The position numbers and the translations under genes are program-made. The notes below the pieces were generated by a model that was given only the letters and a program-made list of their open reading frames with translations, did not search any database and was not told the DNA's origin. DNA of 64,000 bases from Bugula neritina (lineage: Eukaryota > Animalia > Bryozoa): contig OZ037770.1 in the NCBI GenBank assembly GCA_964035545.1, positions 13,320,642-13,384,641 of the forward strand. The letters run 5' to 3'. This document shows, one piece after another, positions 38,901 through 53,900 of this stretch; the stretch's first letter is position 1, and the number at the start of each line of letters is the position of its first letter.

Positions 38901-41900
38901 CAGTTAATAATACCTGGCTGTACCGACACTACCAAGTTTATGAATATGATTTATTCTGCTATATTTATCTAGCTTACAGAGTCACAGGTAATACCTGGCC
39001 AGGTAACGAGTCTATATCCCACCCTGTTTCCCCGGAATATCTGGTCATGTGATCATCTTGTATTCTGATATTAATTTTCTGAGTTTCTCTAATTCACTGT
39101 AATTGTACCTGTTTCACAATCTCTTGAATGTTTCAACTTCTGACTGCCAATGTGTTCACTATACCTAATGTTTATTTCTATTTCAATCTGATTATAACGT
39201 AGCAATTATAGTATAACATAATGTAGTAATTATAATAATATAATATAGTCACTATAATATAATATAGTAGATATAATGATAATAATGCAATATAGCAATT
39301 ATAAAGTAGTAATTATGTTATAATATAATGTAGTAATTATAGTATAATGTAATATAATAATAATATAATAGCATAATATAGTAATTATAATAATATAATG
39401 GAGTAATAATAAAATAGTTATATAATATATTCATATCTGTTTCCTAGGCCCTCGGCACATCTAAAGCAGGCACAGACGTAGAGTTGGAGAAATACAGAGC
39501 AGAGTTGGCTGAGAAGTTTCACCTTGACACTCAGTCTATGGCCTCGGAACTGCATACTGCACAGAAACTGGTGGCGTACCGAGGTGGGTGCAGCTTGAGT
39601 TCCAGATCTCAGTCTATTCTATGTCACGTCAGGTTTATTGGGGTTTGGTTAGTGATGACCTTTGAATAAATTGCTAGTTTCTTGACTATTGAAGGGTATT
39701 TGTTTACTTGTCAATCAACTGTTCATAGTTGGGAGAAACCAGTATTCAATATGTATTTCTCAATCACTCTTCCTGCTTCAAAATTTTAATAAAAGTTTGG
39801 AAATTTTGAAGTTTTTGCTGAAAGTTATTCAATGTACAAGTGGGACAAGTGGGCATGTCACCTGAAACTTGTGTGTTCATCAAAGTTGTTATCTCTGCTA
39901 TATACACCGTAAGGTCGTGACCTCTCTAAGCTATATACACTGTAAGGTCATGACCTCTCTAAGCTTTATAATGTAAGGTCGTGACCTCTATAAGCTCGAT
40001 ACACTGTAAGGTCATGACCTCTCTAAGCTTTATAATGTAAGGTCATGACCTCTCTAAGCTTTATAATGTAAGGTCGTGACCTCTTTGCTGGCAGATGCTG
40101 AACTGGCTGCTAAGAGCAAGGAGTTCAAGTCTCTAGAGAAGAAGTTGACAGAGAGGGATGAGAGTCTCGGCTGTATGAACGACGAGATCAATAGGCAGCG
40201 GCAGCAGATGGCGGTACGTCTTGTCTGTCTGTTTGTCTCCGTAATGCTGCGTTATGATGTGGCTGTAGTACTGCTAGAGTTTTGATGGGAGTACTATGTG
40301 TTCTGTGCCTGTTGAATTTTATATCTTTCTGCTGTTTATTTCATGGAGAATTGGAGTAGCCATAGCAATTGTTTATGGTTGCTGGTTAGATTCGGTCTTA
40401 GATGATAGTTGTATTTTATATCTCACTTTGTAGTTTGTAGTTGAAGTGAATATGTTAAAAACTTATCTTATTTTTTATTATTGATTATGGGTTTTGATGA
40501 TAGTGGAGATGTTTAAAGGCTGAGAGTGTGTTGTAGATGCTGAGCCAGTCAGTCACTGATCTGAAGTCAGCGCTGAGGGACAAGGAGAGGCAGCTGGAGG
40601 AAGCTCGGCAGCACCTGCAGCTCAATGCTGACAAGTTTAGTAAAGACGTGGCCAACCTGGAGCAGCAGATGGTGCTCCTTCAGAATACCATCAACACCAA
40701 AGATATGGAGATTGAGGTACTATTCATATATGTAGTGTAATATATAATATATGTAGTGTAATATAATATATGTAGTGTAATATAATATATGTAGTGTGAT
40801 GTAATATATGTAGTGTAATATAATATATGTAGTGTAATATAATATATGTAGTTTAATATAATATATGTAGTGTGATGTAATATATGTAGTGTAATATAAT
40901 ATATGTAGTGTAATATAATATATGTAGTGTAATATAATATATGTAGTGTAATATAATATATGTAGTGTGATGTAATATATGTAGTGTGATGTAATATATG
41001 TAGTGTAATATAATATATGTAGTGTGATATAATATATGTAGTGTAATATAATATATGTAATGTAATATAATATATGTAGTGTAATATAATATATGTAGTG
41101 TGATATAATATATGTAGTGTGATATAATATATGTAGTGTAATATAATATATGTAGTGTAATATAATATATGTAGTGTGATATAATATATGTAGTGTGATG
41201 TAATATATGTAGTGTAATATAATATATGTAGTGTGATATAATATATGTAGTGTAATATAATATATGTAGTGTAATATAATATATGTAGTGTAATATAATA
41301 TATGTAGTGTAATATAATATATGTAGTGTAATATAATATATGTAGTGTAATATAATATATGTAGTGTAATATAATATATGTAGTGTAATATAATATATGT
41401 AGTGTGATATAATATATGTAGTGTAATATAATATATGTAGTGTGATGTAATATATGTAGTGTAATATAATATATGTAGTGTGATGTAATATATGTAGTGT
41501 AATATAATATATGTAGTGTAATATAATATATGTAGTGTAATATAATATATGTAGTGTAATATAATATATGTAGTGTAATATAATATATGTAGTGTGATAT
41601 AATATATGTAGTGTAATATAATATATGTAGTGTGATGTAATATATGTAGTGTAATATAATATATGTAGTGTGATGTAATATATGTAGTGTAATATAATAT
41701 ATGTAGTTTAATATAATATATGTAGTGTGATGTAATATATGTAGTGTAATATAATATATGTAGTGTGATGTAATATATGTAGTGTGATATAATATATGTA
41801 GTGTAATATAATATATGTAGTGTGATGTAATATATGTAGTGTAATATAATATATGTAGTGTAATATAATATATGTAGTGTAATATAATATATGTAGTGTA

Positions 41901-44900
41901 ATATAATATATGTAGTGTAATATAATATATGTAGTGTGATATAATATATGTAGTGTAATATAATATATGTAGTGTGATATAATATATGTAGTGTGATGTA
42001 ATATATGTAGTGTAATATAATATATGTGACCCATCGCGACAAAACCGGGAACTTGGCGGCATTCATGAAGTGTAGTAAATGAAGGTTAAATTTTGAAAAA
42101 CCAAAAATTGAAATTTTTTGCCAGTCTTTAAATTTTAAACTTTTCTTATACAGAAAAACTCAAGGATTTCAAATATCATATTTTCGCAAGCATTTGCTAA
42201 TTCCTTCAACCTCAAAATCAACTCTAAAGTTGGTAACTATGCATTAAATATTTTTTCAAAATGGCGGATCGTAGTCAAGTTGACTCGGAGTTATCATTAC
42301 TATTACGAAAATGAAATTAAAACATTTCATAGCGCGGAATCCTACAAACAATTTTTTGTTTAATAAAGGTAGCTCTTGCATTCTCCTCGCATGATAGGAA
42401 GCCTACTTTTGAAACTAAGTTTAGTATTAGCTGTTTTTGGCGCTGGCTGCAAAGATTAAGTTAGCTTTTAATGCAACTAATTTCCTTAGCTGTAGTTTAA
42501 TATTGATCTTTATCTTTGGATTTTATGATTAAATCACTACAAAGCAGGTAATTATACTGAAAATAGCTCATTTACGCTACTAAATAATTATATAATTTAC
42601 TAGTAGTTATTAACTTATACTTATAGTTAAAGTTATACTTCTACTTCTAATGTTGTAGTTGTTGAATTTAATAATAATAATAATATTAATAATCATGATT
42701 AAAATATTATGATCAATCCGAGTTATATACTTATTAAGTTATTTGTATTAATAAATAATAATAGTATTACATTTTCATTTTGATCTAGTGATTTACTCTA
42801 GCCTACGTAGACCAAATGCTTTCTTGACTTTCATTTTTAACAGCTGATGCTAAAAAGATGATATTTTTAACTTGAAATTTTTAGTATTGAGTGTTTTATT
42901 TTTATTCAAAATTAAATGCTCATACTCACATTGATAATACTATTAAATAGGGTTCAGTATTACACTAATACTATTAGTAATTCTTTCAGTTAGTTCTTGT
43001 GATAATCTTATTGAATATTATATTATTATTATCATTAACTTGAAGTTCATAGTATTAAATGTTCATTTTCATATTGATTATTTATAGAAATTTTAAGTCT
43101 GGGCATGTTAACTGGTCCACAGTCAGCGGAGCGCCACTTTTATATTGAATATGAATATTATTATTTAACATAATCTATACTCATACTGAAATATCGAATG
43201 TGATTCAATTTGAATAAGTTCAAGTATAAGAATAATATTCATAATAACAGTGATTAAGATCTTTAAGAGTGAAACAATAATAATGATGTCAAAATCAAGT
43301 CAGTTGTTGTTAGTCACTGTCAGCCTAACACTTACAGCTACCCTTAGTTTAAATCTTATAGTTATCTATGACTATTAGAATACGTCACTTTTATCATGCA
43401 AGACTTTCCAGTTTCAAAATAGAATTTGAGTACTACAACTACTTATGCTGATTTATTTATTATATTTATTTATATTTAAGTAAATAATTGAATTTAAATT
43501 GGTTTTGCAGTAGCTATATTTAGTAGGTTTTGTTGCTACTTGGCTAGCTCTGTCTACTCACTTTGAATTGAATGTTAAATAGTATATTGATTAGTTAGTT
43601 GTTTTATTTTTCAAATACAAGCTCATTGCTTTAGTACTGCAGATTCAAACATGCTAAATATTCAAATGACTTAATTTTTGATGGCAATAGGAAAAGAAAA
43701 TATTATTATTACTACATCATGATTATTATTCAGGAATATAACATTATTTTCATTTTAGGAAAGTGAAGATGTGAGGGCAACATGATGGAACTTGTTGATG
43801 AGGTGCTGTTTGGTATGTTGCCTATACAGCTCAAGAGCATGCTGCATATAACCTATCATTCTTACACTTGTGATCCGGACTCCCTGCATTTGGAGAGCTA
43901 CCGCTTGCAAGCTTATAGCTTCTGCTAACTTTACTCGAAAAAAGGTGTCTAGTATTTCATTATGCTCAAAAATTTTATAAATAACTAGTTTGCAAATGTG
44001 CCTTCAAACTCGCTATAAACTTAAATGTTGAGAAATTGCTCAATAATTATTAGCTGCTGTAATGTAGTAGTTAAATGGTGTTAAAACAATTACATTATAT
44101 AGCCAGATTTAATTTCTAATGCACTATTATTCTCTTTTATAATCTAAAAATAAGTTTAATATTATATTTGCAGGTCTAAGTGGCTATAGATGAACAGGGT
44201 AGATTTATAGTAGCAGCATCTATTAACTTTGACTACTGGAATATCGTTTGTAGCAGCAATTAAGCTCTTGGTTATGTGCTTATACTCTATAAACTCACGC
44301 TATGAAGAACAAGGACATAGATTCAGAGACCATACGAACCACCTAAACAGTCTTTCTGCTATATGAATTAATTTAAGTTTCATTTATGCTGAATTTCTAC
44401 ACTTTTATCTGTTTATAATAATTGATTTGAAGATTAAAAATAACTTATACCTTATTTTCTTGTATGGATACTCAATATCTCAACTGATTCCCTATGTGTA
44501 ACTTTTGATCACTCTACATTGTAACTGTATGACTGAATAAATTTTGTATAATATCATAATAGTTGAATGATTCTCTTATATGATTTTTACGCATGAAACA
44601 ATTGATACTATCGAATGGCATGGCTCAATAGCTACAGTTGGACATGTTACATGAGATATTAATAATTAAGGAAATAGCAAATGTAAAACAGGAAATGGCT
44701 GCCATTTTGTTTCATACGACACCTAGTTAGCATAGTTGGTTCAAATGAATGTCGGTGCAAAAAAGTGCTTAAAGGTCCTTATATGTGCTGAAAGTAGCAA
44801 AATTTTCAACTGTTATCACAATTTAATAGCTATTCGGGAAAATAAAGTTACAACAAGTTTGGCGGCCATCTTTGACCTAATTTTTTGTTTAGGAAACGTA

Positions 44901-47900
44901 AAAACTGGTTGAGCTGAAAGCCCATACTTAAACAAATGTTTTGATACCAAATTTGTCCAGTTTGCTAGAATAAAAAGGCCCGTTGCTATGGCTTGACAAA
45001 TGTAAACAAATAATCCATAAATTATTCCAGACCTCCTTACTTTAAAAGCAAATTTCTCAAAAACGTAAATTGACTGTTTTAAAAACGCCAAGGCTTTTGA
45101 ATATTAATATCTCGAGTTCTATTTGCACTAGAGACTTCAAATAAATTGCAAAATGATTGCAAAGATCTGCTCTTTAACTCTATACTAATAACTCAATTTT
45201 GAAAAACTGACCAACGTTCCCTGTTTTGTGGTGGGAGGTCACATATGTAGTGTAATATAATATATGTAGTGTGATATAATATATGTAGTGTGATATAATA
45301 TATGTAGTGTAATATAATATATGTAGTGTAATATAATATATGTAGTGTAATATAATATATGTAGTGTAATATAATATATGTAGTTTAATATAATATATGT
45401 AGTGTGATGTAATATATGTAGTGTAATATAATATATGTAGTGTGATATAATATATGTAGTGTAATATAATATATGTAGTGTAATATAATATATGTAGTGT
45501 AATATAATATATGTAGTGTGATGTAATATATGTAGTGTAATATAATATATGTAGTGTGATATAATATATGTAGTGTGATATAATATATGTAGTGTAATAT
45601 AATATATGTAGTGTAATATAATATATGTAGTGTAATATAATATATGTAGTGTAATATAATATATGTAGTGTAATATAATATATGTAGTGTAATATAATAT
45701 ATGTAGTGTGATGTAATATATGTAGTGTAATATAATATATGTAGTGTAATATAATATATGTAGTGTAATATAATATATGTAGTGTGATATAATATATGTA
45801 GTGTGATATAATATATGTAGTGTAATATAATATATGTAGTGTAATATAATATATGTAGTGTGATATAATATATGTAGTGTAATATATGTAGTGTAATTTA
45901 ATATATGTAGTGTGATATAATATATGTAGTGTAATATAATATATGTAGTGTGATATAATATATGTAGTGTGATATAATATATGTAGTGTAATATAATATA
46001 TAGTATAGTGTAATATAATATATGTAGTGTAATATAATATATGTAGTGTAATATAATATATGTAGTGTAATATAATATATGTAGTGTAATATAATATATG
46101 TAGTGTAATATAATATATGTAGTGTAATATAATATATGTAGTGTAATATAATATATGTAGTGTGATATAATATATGTAGTGTGATATAATATATGTAGCA
46201 GTAATATAATATATGTAGTGTAATATAATATATGTAGTGTAATATATGTAGTGTGATATAATATATGTAGTGTGATGTAATATATGTAGTGTGATGTAAT
46301 ATATGTAGTGTAATATAATATATGTAGTGTAATATAATATATGTAGTGTAATATAATATATGTAGTGTGATATAATATATGTAGTGTAATATAATATATG
46401 TAGTGTAATATAATATATGTAGTGTAATATAATATATGTAGTGTAATATAATATATGTAGTGTAATATAATATATGTAGTGTAATATAATATATGTAGTG
46501 TGATATAATATATGTAGTGTGATATAATATATGTAGTGTAATGTAATATATGTAGTGTAATATAATATATGTAGTGTAATATAATATATGTAGTGTGATA
46601 TAATATATGTAGTGTAATATAATATATGTAGTGTGATATAATATATGTAGTGTAATATAATATATGTAGTGTAATATAATATATGTAGTGTGATATAATA
46701 TATGTAGTGTAATATAATATATGTAGCAGTAATATAATATATGTAGTGTAATATAATATATGTAGTGTAATATAATATATGTAGTGTAATATATGTAGTG
46801 TGATATAATATATGTAGTGTGATGTAATATATGTAGTGTGATGTAATATATGTAGTGTAATATAATATATGTAGTGTAATATAATATATGTAGTGTAATA
46901 TAATATATGTAGTGTGATATAATATATGTAGTGTAATATAATATATGTAGTGTAATATAATATATGTAGTGTAATATAATATATGTAGTGTGATATAATA
47001 TATGTAGTGTGATGTAATATATGTAGTGTAATATAATATATGTAGTGTAATATAATATATGTAGTGTAATATAATATATGTAGTGTAATATAATATATGT
47101 AGTGTAATATAATATATGTAGTGTAATATAATATATGTAGTGTAATATAATATATGTAGTGTGATATAATATATGTAGTGTGATATAATATATGTAGTGT
47201 AATATAATATATGTAATGTAATATAATATATGTAGTGTGATATAATATATGTAGTGTAATATAATATATGTAGTGTGATGTAATATATGTAGTGTAATAT
47301 AATATATGTAGTGTGATATAATATATGTAGTGTAATATAATATATGTAGTGTGATATAATATATGTAGTGTAATATAATATATGTAGTGTGATGTAATAT
47401 ATGTAGTGTAATATAATATATGTAGTGTGATATAATATATGTAGTGTAATATAATATATGTAGTGTGATATAATATATGTAGTGTGATATAATATATGTA
47501 GTGTAATATAATATATGTAGTGTAATATAATATATGTAGTGTAATATAATATATGTAGTGTGATATAATATATGTAGTGTGATATAATATATGTAGTGTG
47601 ATGTAATATATGTAGTGTAATATAATATATGTAGTGTAATATAATATATGTAGTGTGATATAATATATGTAGTGTAATATAATATATGTAATGTAATATA
47701 ATATATGTAGTGTGATATAATATATGTAGTGTAATATATGTAGTGTAATATAATATATGTAGTGTAATATAATATATGTAGTGTAATATAATATATGTAG
47801 TGTAATATAATATATGTAGTGTAATATAATATATGTAGTGTGATATAATATATGTAGTGTAATATAATATATGTAGTGTAATATAATATATGTAGTGTAA

Positions 47901-50900
47901 TATAATATATGTAGTGTAATATAATATATGTAGTGTAATATAATATATGTAGTGTAATATAATATATGTAATGTAATATAATATATGTAGTGTGATATAA
48001 TATATGTAGTGTAATATAATATATGTAGTGTGATATAATATATGTAGTGTAATATAATATATGTAGTGTAATATAATATATGTAGTGTAATATAATATAT
48101 GTAGTGTAATATAATATATGTAGTGTAATATAATATATGTAGTGTAATATAATATATGTAGTGTAATATAATATATGTAGTGTGATGTAATATATGTAGT
48201 GTAATATAATATATGTAGTGTAATATAATATATGTAGTGTGATATAATATATGTAGTGTAATATAATATATGTAGTGTGATATAATATATGTAGTGTAAT
48301 ATAATATATGTAGTGTAATATAATATATGTAGTGTGATATAATATATGTAGTGTAATATAATATATGTAGTGTAATATAATATATGTAGTGTAATATAAT
48401 ATATGTAGTGTAATATAATATATGTAGTGTGATATAATATATGTAGTGTGATATAATATATGTAGTGTGATATAATATATGTAGTGTGATGTAATATATG
48501 TAGTGTAATATAATATATGTAGTGTAATATAATATATGTAGTGTAATATAATATATGTAGTGTGATATAATATATGTAGTGTGATATAATATATGTAGTG
48601 TGATATAATATATGTAGTGTGATGTAATATATGTAGTGTAATATAATATATGTAGTGTAATATAATATATGTAGTGTAATATAATATATGTAGTGTGATA
48701 TAATATATGTAGTGTGATATAATATATGTAGTGTGATGTAATATATGTAGTGTAATATAATATATGTAGTGTAATATAATATATGTAGTGTGATATAATA
48801 TATGTAGTGTAATATAATATATGTAGTGTGATGTAATATATGTAGTGTAATATAATATATGTAGTGTGATGTAATATATGTAGTGTGATGTAATATATGT
48901 AGTGTAATATAATATATGTAGTGTGATGTAATATATGTAGTGTGATGTAATATATGTAGTGTGATGTAATATATGTAGTGTAATATAATATATGTAGTGT
49001 AATATAATATATGTAGTGTAATATAATATATGTAGTGTGATATAATATATGTAGTGTAATATAATATATGTAGTGTAATATAATATATGTAGTGTGATGT
49101 AATATATGTAGTGTGATGTAATATATGTAGTGTGATGTAATATATGTAGTGTAATATAATATATGTAGTGTGATATAATATATGTAGTGTGATGTAATAT
49201 ATGTAGTGTAATATAATATATGTAGTGTAATATAATATATGTAGTGTGATGTAATATATGTAGTGTGATATAATATATGTAGTGTAATATAATATATGTA
49301 GTGTAATATAATATATGTAGTGTAATATAATATATGTAGTGTAATATAATATATGTAGTGTAATATAATATATGTAGTGTAATATAATATATGTAGTTTA
49401 ATATAATATATGTAGTGTGATATAATATATGTAGTGTGATGTAATATATGTAGTGTAATATAATATATGTAGTGTAATATAATATATGTAGTGTGATGTA
49501 ATATATGTAGTGTGATATAATATATGTAGTGTAATATAATATATGTAGTGTAATATAATATATGTAGTGTAATATAATATATGTAGTGTAATATAATATA
49601 TGTAGTGTGATGTAATATATGTAGTGTAATATAATATATATGTAGTCAACAGCAAAGATCATGAAATATAAATTGAATTACAGTAAAACATAGCAGTATT
49701 GCTGTGATGTGCAGTTTTATCGCTTTTATTCCATGAGGAATTATATTATCATAATACAACTATGGTGTGCATCAGTGATATATCATAGGCCTAATGCTAA
49801 TTATATGCTATTAAAAGTCATATTAGCTAAAATCAACATAATTATTATGTTCTTATTTCTGAAGTCAATGTTTTTGAAGTTGTTCTCTTTCCATGTTCTG
49901 CAAGTACGATGCTTTAGCAAGCAAATGGAAATCTCTTGCACACTTTATCTATGAAGTACTAATACTAATACTATACTATACTAATACTTTAGCTTAGCTA
50001 TCACCCACATACTGTTTAAGGCTTGAAAGCTTAAACTTTAAGTTTTCAACGTAGCTCCACGATTAAGCTGTGCGTTACAGCATCTAAGAATAGCATGCAA
50101 TGAAAATCAGCTATATTTATTATTCGTTAAATAATGCCATGGACTTCAGAGCCCTAGGAAATGGAAAAATTTGTTATAAAATAAAATTGTTTGAGCATAC
50201 AGCCCTCAAACAGCCGGTAGGTGATAGCTAAGATAAGTATTTTATTACCTACAATGGTTTAATAATAAATGAAGTGTGTCAGAGATTCTTTAACAGTTCA
50301 TAAAGCTGGTTTGATATACTGATGACTTCAGTTCATCCCTGCTTCCAATATTCTTGATAATGAACTGTTATACAATTTCTTATCATTCAATTAGTGTTTA
50401 TAAAATAAACAAATATATTTACTATTTCTTAGCTTTACTCGTAACGATTAAATTAGATGTCACCAGAGCCAGACTGGCAGGTTTTTAATTTGACTCTCTG
50501 TTTGTTCTGCACCAGGCAGGACTCCACTATCTACCACTCTAATTCACTACTTGAATTCAGGAGTTTTAATCACGACTATTGCATTACAACCCCAACACTG
50601 CTTATCAAGTGCTGCTAAGTAGAGCCCTCAGTGTTCACAACTTGGTATCTTAATTTACTTTAGTGTGCTGATAAATATGGTTGGTTGGGTGCACTTGCAG
50701 ATAAGGTAAGGCAGCAGGCAGTTATTATAGGCAGCAAAAGGTTATTATAGGTAATAGTTGTTTGGTTATATCTGTGTTTGGTCGTAGCAGTCTGCCGGGT
50801 GTGAAAAGTTCAAAGGTGAGGGTGATTTTTATACCATTTAGGAAGTTCTACCAATATTTTTTGTAATAAAATCTGTGAAATTGATATGATAGTTGTTAAG

Positions 50901-53900
50901 AATTACAATTTTTCATGCAGTAGTATATCAGCTAGCGATTTCTATATCATCTTGACCTGGTAGTGTTTATAATGAACATATTGTGTAGATATAAATGTAT
51001 GTTGAATAAGTTGTGTAGGACTTCAGCTAAACATGTTCTTTGGAGTTTGAATAACATGTATAAGTAGTATAATATATATATTTTATATTATATATTATAT
51101 TATATTATATTGAAACATGTTGAGTTTTATTCAAGATATCAATTCAATCACCAATTATATTATTATATATTTATGAATAAACTAATAATAATAATATACT
51201 AACTATATATACTTTATATTTCAATCTGTTGCAGATTTATAGGTAAATGTTCCCAACATATTTAGAAGGCCTCTCAATATATACTGATACATACATTTTA
51301 TTTTAAATATATTCTGTAGAGTTTGAAAGGCGAGCGGCTGACAAAGCTGGAGGCAGAGCTGCTGGAGAAAGACAGGCAGATATCTTCTTACGCTGAGTCG
51401 TATCGGCAGCAGGAGAATCTCATCGAGGAGCTGAAGGCGGCAGCAGAGAACGGCGAAGATAAACCGGACTGTACAAGCACACCCCGAGGTGAGATGCGTG
51501 TAACTATAGGCTATGTGTGTTGGAATCCTAAGGCTATCTAGCTGCTAAACATGGAGTAATGTCTTTTGACTTTTTTTGTAGAAGAGGTGTGCAGCCCGGC
51601 AATCACTCACTTGTGTATGGAGGTAGAAAGACTGAAGAAGGAGAACGCAGCTCTGAAAGAGGGAAGACCTCCTCTCGATTACTCCGGAAGTGATCTGGAG
51701 ATTGATATCGACGGTTTGAGTGACAGCAGCGACAACCGTGACTATCTTCATACGCAGCTTGCCAAGAGCAACGTAAGTTTTCAGAGCTTGTTCGACAAAG
51801 CAGGTGGTTGGCAGGTGGTTTGTGTGCGGTGCAGTTGATAGCTTATTTCACCTGACAGAGCGGGTGGTTGTCATTTGATTGTCTAACAGAGCAGGTGGTT
51901 GTCATTTGATGCTATGACAGAGCAGGTGGTTGACAGTTGGTTTATTGTGACAGGCTAGAGCTCAAGCACTGCAGGCCAAGATACTGGAGATGTCGAGGGA
52001 GGATATTGATGGCGGGTCTGAAGCATCGTCTGTCCTTCGGGAGCAGGTGGCGGCCCTGATGAGGATGAGAGAGTCAGACCAGAGGGTGATAGAGGCGCTC
52101 AAGAAACACATTGCAGTCAAGTGAGTTGTATTACTGTGATGTCAGTTGTATTGCGTGATATGTTATTCTTATGTGAAGTACTTGATGTCATATATTACTG
52201 TAGTGTCAGTTATATTATGTGATGTATTATTCTAAAGTGAGGTATATTATATCATATATTACTGTGGATTCAGCTGTATTATTGTTGAGTAATGCTATCT
52301 GTAAAATAATGTGAACTCAATCTGAGTTATTTGACCAGGAAGTTAGTATTATGTAAGAGTTATATTTAGATATAATTCTGTAATCAGAAATTGAACTCAC
52401 CGCCTGTTGTGTCAATACCTCTTTGCTGATATCTGAATGTGTCTACATTGTTTTAAATTCCAAGCCGCTGCATTTTAGCCATATTCTAATCTCCGTGTAA
52501 TCTAGTAGCACTGTATTGTATACCCAACAGTCTAGTGACCTGTGCAGCAGGTCTACTTGCAGACGTGTGGCTCATTTCGTTTAGAAGTTTCAACGAGTCA
52601 CCATTGCTTCCAGTTGTCGTCTGTATTTGAGAAACTTGTCATGTCTCTTTTCCAAAGTTCTGACTCGGAGTTCAACCCGGAAGTGATAAACGAGCTCTCC
52701 ACCAGTGTGCACATGCTCACGGCTAAGGTCAAGGAGCTGCAGAAGAAGAACAGGAAGTACCAGAAGTCGCACAGTTCAAGGTCGACGAGGTCTAGCAGTA
52801 GTGGTGGCGGTTCCGTCTACAGAGAGGAGATTGACCATCTGAAGAGAGAGCTGGACGTGACGAGACACGAAGGTAACTCGATCTCTAAATCTGCCAGCCT
52901 AACCCTCTTTATCTCTCAGTCTAACCCTCTTTATCTCTCAGTCTAACCCTCTTTATCTCTCAGTCTAACCCTCTTGGTCTCTCAGTCTAACCCTCTTGGT
53001 CTCTCAGTCTAACCCTCTTGGTCTCTGAGTTTAACCCTTTTGATCTCTCAGTCTAACCCTCTTTATCTCTCAGTCTAACCCTCTTTATCTCTTGCTGCAT
53101 ATTTCTGCAAATATTATTAACTTTCACTTCTCCAAAGCTGCCAAATTATAACTAGCTGAAAGGTAGTCGTACTTCCAGTAGCTAATTGGAGGTTTGTAAA
53201 CTAGTGTAAACTAGTGTATGTTGTGTCACACTGAATGTCATATGTGATTGGCTGTATTGCAGCGTCTAAAGTGAGGTCAGAGTTGAACAGGCTGAGCGAT
53301 GAGTCAGCGGTTGTCACCAAACTGCTGTCGACGGAGGCGCTGGTGCGACAGCAGGCTGACGAGAAGAAGAGCCTGGAGGCGGAGCTAGAGTATTACAAGG
53401 GACTGTTGGCTGCCGCTGGACTACTTCCTTCCTCCCAATTCGCTCGCAGGGACTCGGCAGCGGAACGAAGCAAAAGGGTGTGTACTGAGATGTGTGGTGT
53501 GCTGTGATTGGCTACCTTTCTGCATCGTGTGTTCTGAATGGTTGTTCTGGTTGGCGGTCTGTCAGTTATCCCCAAGTTCCAGACATATTTTACCGCATGC
53601 TAAAATGGCTGTGTATGAATATGCTAACCTTGACCCCGAACTAAAGGTTTAGACTGTGTTCTTGTGAACTTGTAGATTAGTAGAATACCGAGACGCTCGT
53701 CGTCAGCTCCCCGTCCTGAGGTAACATTTCTCACACACCCTTAGAATGTGTTACGCTAACACTAACCATATTACCATGTGTTGCTGTACTTACTGTACTT
53801 ACTGCTTAGTTTATGTTGCTAGACTAGACTATCTGTGTGATGTAGTTTATTTACATTGTGCCATTATCATGTCAGGTTATTTATTACAGTGCTATATATT

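Noticed and set aside
45898-49662. 1254-aa ORF (and the 460/448-aa ORFs at 40680-42066)
   Set aside because: Translation of a 19-bp minisatellite that lacks stops on the minus strand; it is intronic and antisense to the host gene.
51773-51803. Extended exon ending at GCAG|GTGGTT (51803)
   Set aside because: Would create an immediate TAG in the next exon; the AAC|GTAAGT donor at 51772 keeps the frame.
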